Positions 55,021-64,000 of a stretch of 64,000 nt of DNA are shown here, piece after piece. Under the pieces are notes generated by a model, which saw only the letters and a program-made list of their open reading frames with translations, did no database searches and was not told the DNA's origin. How positions within the stretch are numbered: the first letter of the stretch is position 1; each line of letters starts with the position of its first letter. Origin of the DNA: Flectonema sp. DT1601 (Eukaryota). Both the position numbers and the translations under genes were made by a program. The stretch covers positions 1,488,001 through 1,552,000 of the forward strand of contig OZ025784.1 in NCBI GenBank assembly GCA_964019425.1. Reading direction: 5' to 3'.

Positions 55021-56456
55021 ACTATTTGTTACATCTAATCGTTTTGTAGCAGTAGCCTGATTTCATTTGATATTATTATAATAGTGTTTTACTTCTCGAC
55101 CTTCTAACCCTGCGGCAATCACAGTTGACACACATAAAGTGTGTCACGTCGATCATACGCTGCAATGGTTTTTGCAAATCCTCGTAGTTGATTTTTTTCT
55201 TAAATTTATTAACTTTTAGTATGCTTTGCTTTTTTTGTATTGCGGGGTGACATGACAGCACACAACAAGTCATATTCTATTTTTCATCCTAACATTATAC
55301 TAAGTAGATTGATAACGTTGTGTAGTTAGTTCAAGTTCGATTCCGTGTTAGGTTATTTTTTCCGCTGGCAATGTATCAGTTTACTAGCATCATACTTTCT
55401 TGTGAGGGTTTTCATCAGTAACTGGTATGTGCACAACGTTGGTTTCCTTTTTGATTTCCTCAGTACCTTTTTTTGGTTGTAACCTGATGTGGGGTTTTTT
55501 TTATTTTATGTGTAACTAGAGTATCGAGATCTGTGTCGTAAAAGACAGTATTCAGTTACTTAATTATTTTTTTGTTTTATTCGCTGTTGCTTCTCAAGTA
55601 GACTTGAGACGCTGAAGGGCGTTTTGAATACTGATGGCTCATGTGTTTGGTACTTATTCTAAATTAAATTTAGCGTATGGCGTGGTCTTTTAACTTTATT
55701 CTCTCTTCCCTTCTCTCCTTTTCTTTTTTTTTTTTAAAATCAATCGTCATTGCTGTTAGACATGTCCTCTGGTCTGCTCCAGTGAGAGTCTTTTTGAGAG
55801 ATCACTCGGATTATATCCGAGGTGACCTATTGCTTTGACTTCTCAATATATTTTTTTTTTTTTTTTTGTTTGTTTCCATTTCTGAAAGTAGAAGCTCATT
55901 GTGAGCAAATTTTGTAACTGCAATTCTCATGTTCTATGTTTGTAGTAAGAAAGGGTAAATCATAATACACGGGTTTTGGGTTTTCCCTAGTAACATACAA
56001 AACGGAGAATAAAATTGCTGTGTGTTTTTTTTTATTTTTTTATGTTCTTCTTGCTGTTGTCGTTGCTTTCTTTGCTCAAACACGTTAGAGCAATTTCCTG
56101 TCTGTCGTCCTTTTATAATTTTATATAAATCAATTTTTTTTTTTTTTTGATGGTTTGGCAAATATGTAATTTATAAGGATTATATAACAAACGCTAAGTT
56201 TCTTGGAGGCGGTCTTCACTGTGCTGCTGTTTAACCCAGAGAGAGCTTAGTACAGCTTTTTTTTCTTTTTTTTTTTCGATTCGAGGCAATTTTTAAACGT
56301 TCCCGTAAGGGGGCAATCGGTTACTGAAGATTCTTACTGGAAGTAACTAACATTTTAATCATTGTTTTTGATAAAAAAAACAAAACTTATATTGATTTTT
56401 TTTTCACCAACCGCAGTAAAAAAAAAAAAAAAAAAAAATATAAAATAAAAATAACC

Positions 56457-57314
56457 ATGTCGGACAGCCGACTACTGGCTCCTCCTGCCACGAAGAAACC
56501 GAAGCTCAGTAAAACTGAAAAAGCTGAAAAATATGGTAAAAAATATAAAAAAGGATATCTTGAATTTAATAAAGAATGGCTGGACGGTGATATGTCAGTT
56601 CTAAAGAAACACGCGGAGGCAGAAGCGAAACTAACTGAGAAACTCATGATGAAGAGGGAATTATCTGACCCTGTAAGAATTGTCTGGGCACAGAAACAAA
56701 AACTTCGTATAAAAGACAACATAGGCGTAGTTTTAGACAAAACTGTATCTGGTCAAGTTAAACAACAGAAGTTAAAAGGATATTCATCGCTTGATACTTC
56801 TCTAGGTGCCATGAACATTATTTTACATTGCGACCTTGCTCCTCTAGCCTGTGAAAACTTCCTAGGTCTCTGTGGTAGTGGATACTTTGATGGTACAAAG
56901 TTTCACAGATCAATATCAGGATTTATGGTTCAAGGTGGTGATCCAACTGGTACTGGTGCTGGTGGACGATCATTCTGGGGGGATGAACCTTTCCCTGATG
57001 AACTGTCTACAACGTTATCACACAATAAACGTGGGATTCTTGCGATGGCAAATTCAGGACCTAATTCTAATAAATCACAATTTTATATTACTTTTGCTCC
57101 TTGTTCTCACCTCGACAGCAAACACACCGTCTTTGGAGAAATCGTTGGAGGAATGTCTGTTCTCTCAGCAATCGAAAACACTCCAACCAGACCTCCACGT
57201 GATGAACCAATAACTGAAATAATAATTAACAGCGCTGTAGTCAAGTGGAATCCCTTTACATTCTTGGAAGCAAAGAAACAAAAAGAAGAAGAAGAAGACA
57301 TGACTGACCACTAA
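56457..57314 (+). CDS. Cyclophilin-type peptidyl-prolyl isomerase (PPIL2/PPIL3-like) with a basic N-terminal extension
   Basis: LHCDLAPLACENF, FHRSISGFMVQGGDPTGTG, MANSGPNSNKSQFYIT and HLDSKHTVFG. Confidence 0.92.
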   Translation: MSDSRLLAPPATKKPKLSKTEKAEKYGKKYKKGYLEFNKEWLDGDMSVLKKHAEAEAKLTEKLMMKRELSDPVRIVWAQKQKLRIKDNIGVVLDKTVSGQVKQQKLKGYSSLDTSLGAMNIILHCDLAPLACENFLGLCGSGYFDGTKFHRSISGFMVQGGDPTGTGAGGRSFWGDEPFPDELSTTLSHNKRGILAMANSGPNSNKSQFYITFAPCSHLDSKHTVFGEIVGGMSVLSAIENTPTRPPRDEPITEIIINSAVVKWNPFTFLEAKKQKEEEEDMTDH

Positions 57315-57599
57315 GTGCTAACACAAATAATTAAAAAGCATCGTTTCTTCAAACCTATTCAAAACATTACATATTGTCAGCTTCCATTGAGCGTTATTAG
57401 CACAGCTGTGCTTTACTTACTTTTTCTGTGTAAGTATCGAAGGGGGGAAAATCGTTGAATTCTTTTTTTCATTCCCATGCGATTCAATTTAATAATATGA
57501 AAAAGGAAGAGTTTTTATTATTTTAGGTTTTTTTTTAACTTCTGTGACACACTATATTTTATTTTTTTTCCTTTCAAAATTAGGAAACGGGCAGGGACC

Positions 57600-59443
57600 A
57601 TGGCACGCTTTAGCTCTGAAGCAGACAAAGGTAACGTCGTGAAGAGTGTGGGGTTAGCCATAACAGCTGTATTGTTATTGGCTCTGTTCTATGGGTCGTA
57701 CAGTGCCGGTGATAACACGTCGAATCACATGGCACTTCTACTTCTGGAACAACGTAAGTTAAAGGATCAAAAAGAGAAGCTAAACATCTGTAAACACAGA
57801 CAGATGGCAGGTGCGCAACACGATGCTAAAATGGACGCCAATACTGCGGCGCTTAAGACCACAAACATGAAACTTGAACAGCAAGTTGAAGAGACGATGT
57901 TGAAATTAGAATCACTCGAAAAGAAACACTTAGACTGCGTTGGACAGGCTGAAAGCCAAAAGGAGACCTGGACATCAGCCGATCGCGAACGAGCCACCAA
58001 AATCGACGAGCTTCGTGAACGCAACAAACACTTAGTAAAGACATCTGAGAGACTTACGAATGTCAAGGGAATGAAGTTCGTACTTCTGGATGCCTCCATC
58101 AAGAAGCTTAAATTAGAAAACAGATACCTTCGTGAAAAGCTTGGTATGCCTGGAATGGAAGTTGATGAGGAACTAATTATAGCTAAATGGAATCACACTC
58201 GTATGTACTTTACCTCTTCGTCTCTTTCATTACGACAACAGGTTTGATTTATTAAAGAAACATTAATAACAAATAGTACACACAAATGTGAGAGCTTCAA
58301 ACCGATCAGAGTTTGAAATTTCACTGACGAAGCCTCCGAGAGGTCTGAACGCTAGCAGAGAACTTACTGTAGAAAAGGTATTCTTTCAGGGTAAAGGAAC
58401 TGATGGTCACTACATGAGACCTAAATGGGGAAGTATGTTGATTTTCTTATTATCTTATGCACGGAGTTATAATATAAATAATACTCAACACCCAAACAGA
58501 CAAAATTGGAACACAACCACTCCGTCACGGTGTACACGAGAATACAGAAGCTCTCATTTCGACTATTTCCAAGCAGATTCGAGTGATCTACGACTATGCT
58601 CTTTGTGCTATGGGGAACACTGCTACCTTCACGTACCCAACATATATGAAACCACCAGGGTATGGATTTCTTTTACTTAAATATTTAACACACGAAATGA
58701 TAACAATAACCATAAACCACTCCAACAGTAAACCTGACTCTAAAGACGTCAGTCTTATTGACGTCATCGATACTCCTCTCGTTGAATTCTGTGACGACTG
58801 CAGACCACAAGAAGAAACAGGTGAGTTCAAATTAGCATGCCAAGGCTTTAGTACAAGAGAACAGTACGGAAGTCAATTATTTTGGAGAATGCGCAGTCGA
58901 ATTAGATTCAAGGAACCCATTCTGATTGAAGCTGATAATTTCGTTAACGACAATGACTTGGGAGAATTCATCGCAATCAGACTTAACTGGGAAACATCAT
59001 TCAAGGAAGACTGCAGTGCTCTGATTAACAACCCTCCACAGATGGCTTATAGACGAATTTTAAAGAGAAAGAAGGTTACAGAATACACTAAGGCAGACCT
59101 CGCCTTAGCTTGTTATCCTACAGAAGAACTAGTAGTGGAAACTATGAATAATTTAGTGGCTAAGACAGGTAGCACGAAAGTTTACGTATCGACTTCGATG
59201 AGTGCCGAGCAGTGGACTTCTCTACAGGAGAAAATCTCTGCAAAATTATTTAGATACCCAGAGAACAGTACAAACTTCGAATCCATTGACATTACTATTG
59301 CATCGCAATCAAAGTACTTTGTAGCCAACAGGTTCGACATCGTCTCTTCGCAGATTGTTGAATTCTACTATTTATTAATGCCTCAAAGGTTTCAAGAATA
59401 CACAATGTTCTGGGAGGGTAGCGATAGCATTTCTGTTTGGTAA
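57600..59443 (+). CDS. Type II membrane coiled-coil protein with O-fucosyltransferase-like C-terminal domain, join(57600..58200,58277..58432,58500..58659,58729..59443), ~543 aa
   Basis: Three GTATG...AG introns join the ORFs in frame. Transmembrane segment, then a coiled coil, then FIAIRL, CYP, VYVST and IDITIASQSKYFVAN. Confidence 0.72.
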
Positions 59444-59712
59444 TTAATATCTGATTCGTTTGAAGGGAATTCACCACTTAGGAGACCAGCCGTTGTAGAC
59501 GAATACATTAATTCCGACAGTATAGAATCTCGTGAAGCGTTTTTCAAAAATAAACAAAACGACAGAATAGAGGGGGACAGCCGCCTCAATTGTAAGTAAG
59601 AAATTATAATTAGGAGGGTAAAAAAAAAAAAAACTTTTTTATTTTGTGATTTCTATGATATGATTTTCTAAATCGAGAAGAATAAAAAAAAAAAAAAAAG
59701 AAAACTATTTTG

Positions 59713-59744
<32 letters not shown>

Positions 59745-59985
59745 GGGTGGGGAGGGGGATAGTTCTATTTTTAAGGACGGAAAACTTTATAACAAACAGC
59801 TCCCCCCTCACCACCACTACCCCTCCCACATTCCCAACTTAATTGAGTTTCTAATTTCTAGTCTACGATAGCAATCTGAAAAATATAAAGTAGTTGTTTT
59901 CATTTTAATACAGCAATACACAGTGAATGTTTGTAAAAAAGTTGCAAATTTTGTTTGCTATTTAATGCACGTGTGCAGTCAAAAG

Positions 59986-60411
59986 ATGAAAACGAGTGAC
60001 AGAGGAAGTCGAACTTCATCATCTGAAGTCAATAGTAGGATAGGATCACGATGTTCACATCGAGAACAACAAGAAGAAGAAGAAATAGACGAATGGGATA
60101 GAGCTGTCAGACTAATGCAAGTCCCAAAGAGTTACAATCCTGGTGAAGAAGATCTTAGGACTCCTCCACGATCACCACTACATGTCTGTCGAAGAAAAGA
60201 AAAACGTGAGAGCGTCCCCACCAATCGCAGACACAAAAATGCATCAACACTCTGCCTTGGTGACTCTGGAGAAGATAAGACCGACGATATCCCAGTTCCT
60301 CCTCAGTCAAAGTCATGGGACGCTGTGACTTGGAGTAGTGCAACACCTGACAGGAGGATTACTAACAAGCCTCCTGTTGTTCCTTCAAAACCACTTGCGA
60401 TTCTTACTTAG
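59986..60411 (+). CDS. Hypothetical hydrophilic protein (~141 aa)
   Basis: ATG shortly after gtgcAG; coding-like composition; same strand as the cluster. Confidence 0.55.
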   Translation: MKTSDRGSRTSSSEVNSRIGSRCSHREQQEEEEIDEWDRAVRLMQVPKSYNPGEEDLRTPPRSPLHVCRRKEKRESVPTNRRHKNASTLCLGDSGEDKTDDIPVPPQSKSWDAVTWSSATPDRRITNKPPVVPSKPLAILT

Positions 60412-60549
60412 ATATAATGAAGTTATGATTAAGTATTAACCTTTTACAAGGTTTTTAAATACTTTTTCTGTTCGGACTGTTCTTATTATGTGAGATTGTT
60501 CTTTTAATTACAATTTACTTATTTTCACAGAACGCATTGCCATTCAAAG

Positions 60550-62529
60550 ATGTCGTCATCTGATTCAGAAGGGAGGTCGAGATCACGCTCTCGGTCTCGT
60601 TCCCGCCGTGGAGGGAAATCAAGAAGATCAAAATCACGTCGTTCATCAAGCCCCAGCAGGCGTCGTAGAAGTAGTAGTAGGGGACGTCATTCTCCAATGC
60701 AGTCAGGAGGTGTAAAATCGGGTTCTCAACCTGGAGCTCAATACGATAACAAACAAGATCACATTGTAAGCTTCTCATGGGGAAACCATGGAAAGACTGG
60801 ATTTAGAAATAATGTTGAGATTAGCGGAAGGCAATTATCAGCTGGGGAATCTGAAGCTATCCTTGAAACTCGAATCATAGAAATGAGATCTGAACTCGGA
60901 AGACTGATGCGAGACAATTCATCGAAAGAAAAGTCTCATCGGGGTTCAAAACACCTCAGTGGTGTTGCTCATGAAGGAAGAGGACAAACAAATCGAATTG
61001 GATATCACTCATGGACAGGTGAGAGTGGACATAACGACGAAGAGTTATACGATGAGAAATGGTGGCCTAGAGCTGAAACAGAATCACCAATAACTGCATC
61101 ATCAATGATAGCAAGTAGCCCTCAATCAAGTGGTCACATGAACAGTGGGAGATTCCCAGAGAGAGAAAGACAACTAATGGAAGAGACAGAATTCCTACAC
61201 ACAAAACTACAACAAGAGAGAAGAAGAAGTACACTACTAACCTCACCAATGGGGATGATAGGAAGTCGTTCTCAAGACTTACAAATTGATCCTTTAAACA
61301 GATCAAAACACATCGAATACGAAGCAAACGGATGGGATTGCTACAGAAACTCTGAAGATGTTGCTGCTATGCTAATCCTAACCATTGACATGGGTACAGA
61401 CTATTCAGCACAACTAAGAAGACTTTCAAGTAGAAGCGGTCAATGCATTGAACGATTCTTACAATGTGCTGCTGCTGATGTCGCAGAAGCCTTTTCTTAT
61501 CCTCGAGACTTAGTATCGATCCCTGGAGTACAAGAGACTGAACATAGAGACTTTATTAATCTCCCTTGTGAGTTTAAATCTAACCCAGAAGACGCAATGT
61601 CTCTTCGTCATAGCATTGTGGAGATACTGAAAAGACAGCCTCCGAGAAAACTTCATCGAGCGGCAAAACTATTCCACGAAGAGACAGGAACACCAACACA
61701 TTGTATTGTTATATCTGAAAAGAGTGAGGTTGGTGATATTGTACCAAGAAGAAACTTGGAAGGTTATGAAAGAGAAGCCTATCTAAACCAGGCACCGTAC
61801 TCGAGTACCGCAACAACAGCGTCATCGTCAAGTAGAAAGAAAAGGAGTTCACGAAGACGATCACCATCGAGGTCGAGGTCGAGATCGCGATCGAGAAGTA
61901 AAAGTCGCTCAAAGTCTCGATCAAGAAGAGCTCGTTCAAAATCCAGCAGCAGTAGCGGCAGCTCCAGTAAGAGAAGAAGTAGAACTCGTCGATCATCATC
62001 CAGAAGAAGTAGTCGAAGAGGATTTACAGAACAACGTCCTACTCCATTAATGCAAACAAAGACTCCTGTTGCTCCTCCGATAGTGGAACCCCCTGCAGAA
62101 GCACTATCAGAAGCAATGTATTCACCTCCTGCTAGGGATACATTTAATGCTGGTTATCACAATGCTGTTGAAGGTATTCAATCAGAGATCATACAACAGG
62201 TTCCTTTATCATCACACAGTCCGGGATCAACGTCAAGTCGTAGAAGGAGGTCGAGGTCTAGAAGATCGCAAGCAGTTGATGCTCCTGGATCTACAACAGC
62301 TTCACCGACTAAAAGACGTTCTCGTTCAAGAAGGTCTACAAGAGAAGCGACATCTCCCCCTGTTGCTGGTTTGGCGAAGAGCATAAATGTGAACAGCCCT
62401 TCAGGACTAAACTTCTCTAACTATGTCCGTTCAAACGGACCTAGCAATCCTGCAAGTGGGATGTCGCTCGGTGACGCACTTAGAGCACCTCAGTACACCC
62501 CTGCAAAGATCTTACCTGGAAGGCACTAA
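60550..62529 (+). CDS. Arg/Ser-rich protein with a central globular region (659 aa)
   Basis: RS dipeptide runs at the N-terminus and near 61860-62020. ATG follows ttattttcacAG. No RRM recognised. Confidence 0.85.
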   Translation: MSSSDSEGRSRSRSRSRSRRGGKSRRSKSRRSSSPSRRRRSSSRGRHSPMQSGGVKSGSQPGAQYDNKQDHIVSFSWGNHGKTGFRNNVEISGRQLSAGESEAILETRIIEMRSELGRLMRDNSSKEKSHRGSKHLSGVAHEGRGQTNRIGYHSWTGESGHNDEELYDEKWWPRAETESPITASSMIASSPQSSGHMNSGRFPERERQLMEETEFLHTKLQQERRRSTLLTSPMGMIGSRSQDLQIDPLNRSKHIEYEANGWDCYRNSEDVAAMLILTIDMGTDYSAQLRRLSSRSGQCIERFLQCAAADVAEAFSYPRDLVSIPGVQETEHRDFINLPCEFKSNPEDAMSLRHSIVEILKRQPPRKLHRAAKLFHEETGTPTHCIVISEKSEVGDIVPRRNLEGYEREAYLNQAPYSSTATTASSSSRKKRSSRRRSPSRSRSRSRSRSKSRSKSRSRRARSKSSSSSGSSSKRRSRTRRSSSRRSSRRGFTEQRPTPLMQTKTPVAPPIVEPPAEALSEAMYSPPARDTFNAGYHNAVEGIQSEIIQQVPLSSHSPGSTSSRRRRSRSRRSQAVDAPGSTTASPTKRRSRSRRSTREATSPPVAGLAKSINVNSPSGLNFSNYVRSNGPSNPASGMSLGDALRAPQYTPAKILPGRH

Positions 62530-64000
62530 GTAGGTTTATATATAATTCTTTTTCTCGTGTTCGTTCGAATCGTTTTTTTTATTTTGATTAGTTTTATTTA
62601 TTTATTTTATTTTTTTACGAGAATTCTTTTGGAGGGAGAGCCTTCCAAATGAAAAAATACTAATTATTTGTGTACGAAAAACAACTCATACAACAAGTGA
62701 CTAGAGCTTCCTTCCTAATCTATAAAGGGAGAGATGATCCTCTCTTGTGATCTTTTCTTTGGCATATAAGTTACGAAGGATAAAACATCCGAACAAACCT
62801 GACTAGTGCCGACTGATTTCCATTTTCTTTTGTTTGTTCCATGATATTTCTTTTGACCTTTCTTTCCAAATTTCTTTTTCTTGTTCATTGCAGATAGTAG
62901 TTAGTACACAAGTCCACATTAGGACTAAGAATTAAATGACCCAGTTGTGGGGTAAGAACGTGTAGATGTTTTCTTAATTTTCCTTGTACGCCTTCCCCCT
63001 CCTCTTGCAAAAAAAAAAAAAATTTAAAAAAGTAAATTAAATAACAACAACAGTAAGCAAGATCATATTATTAACTATTATTTAACAAGAAATGGCGCGA
63101 TCCCTCCCATGTACCAACAGTATCGTTTTTTGTGGCAATGCGTCGTTTAACAAAAGAAGACTAGTCACTCACAGGCTTAAGAGGGAGGAGAAAGAGAGAG
63201 AGTTTGTGTTTATCCATTTAGAGAGCAAGTATTCAAGCAGTATCCTAATTTCTTGAACTTAAAAAAAAAAAAAAAAAAAAACGCACAGTTACCCGACTGG
63301 TGCTGATTGCTTTAACTTTGTTCTTCTTATTGAATCTTTTCTTGACGTTTGAAGTGAAGGCAGATCAGTAAACAATGTTCTACTGATAAGCTGACATTTC
63401 ACTTCGATGGATCTCTTTTGGGTTTTTTGTTATAACTCTCGTCAACTTCATTTTATAAAACCCATCAGCTGACAACATTGTCACTGCGGCAATCAGTTTT
63501 TGAGATATATCTGTTGGCCACTTTCCTTTTTTTTAAGTCTCATCCAGAGCCAGTCGACAATGTAGTCACTGTGTTGCTGTTTTTTTTAATTCAAATGTAA
63601 AAATATATTAAAAAAAAGAAAAAAAAAACAACAACTTCAAGACAAACCTCCTTATTTAAATATTGGGATATGGTGATTCTATTTTTTTTTTTTTTTGTGT
63701 TGCGACAGTAGAAGTTGAGTAGCTAAAGCCACGTCTGCGATAAGTTTTATTTAGGAGATACGACCACCCCCCCCGTGTATGACCTTCTTAGTGTCTCTGC
63801 TTTAGTTGGCTGCTGAAACTGACGCAGTTGGCGTTTTTATTTTTATATTTATGTCATACGTAATCAATGTCGAAACACATCATTTTCGATATTATATTGG
63901 CGCTTAGCGTACGAAAAGTTGTTTTGTTGGTTTTTTCGGTTGATTCGTTCGCAGTTTATTTATTTATTTTTTTATTTTTACATCCATTCCGAAAGCACGC

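Noticed and set aside
55286..55356. Possible degenerate tRNA (cctaaca/tgttagg ends, gttcgattc box)
   Set aside because: The D and T stems do not pair; at best an unrecognisable relic.

Overview
AT-rich eukaryotic nuclear DNA with long poly(A)/poly(T) tracts. Every credible host protein gene (about 20) lies on the + strand. Most start codons have a pyrimidine-tract AG 10-50 nt upstream, and the genes carry short GT-AG introns. This layout suggests a polycistronic, SL trans-splicing euglenozoan; the introns make a diplonemid-like organism the best guess (inference). 3-20 kb is an accessory island. It holds three ubiquitin-like/25-aa-LRR genes with hypervariable repeat positions (two in a 1.7-kb segmental duplication), a tRNA-Ala(AGC) with C33, nested and scrambled RNase H-type LINE fragments whose RT carries a PDZ-like insert, piggyBac and CRN/RHS relics, and an LSU rRNA fragment. 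20-64 kb is an ordinary gene array: LRRC51-like, EF-hand-like, Ubl/low-complexity, glycosyltransferase-like, ankyrin plus 27-bp repeat, DgoD, TLC, TauE with SAM domains, CK1, CCT8, cyclophilin, O-fucosyltransferase-like and RS-rich genes, plus several structured dispersed or tandem repeats. All family calls come from motif recognition by eye; no database searches were run.
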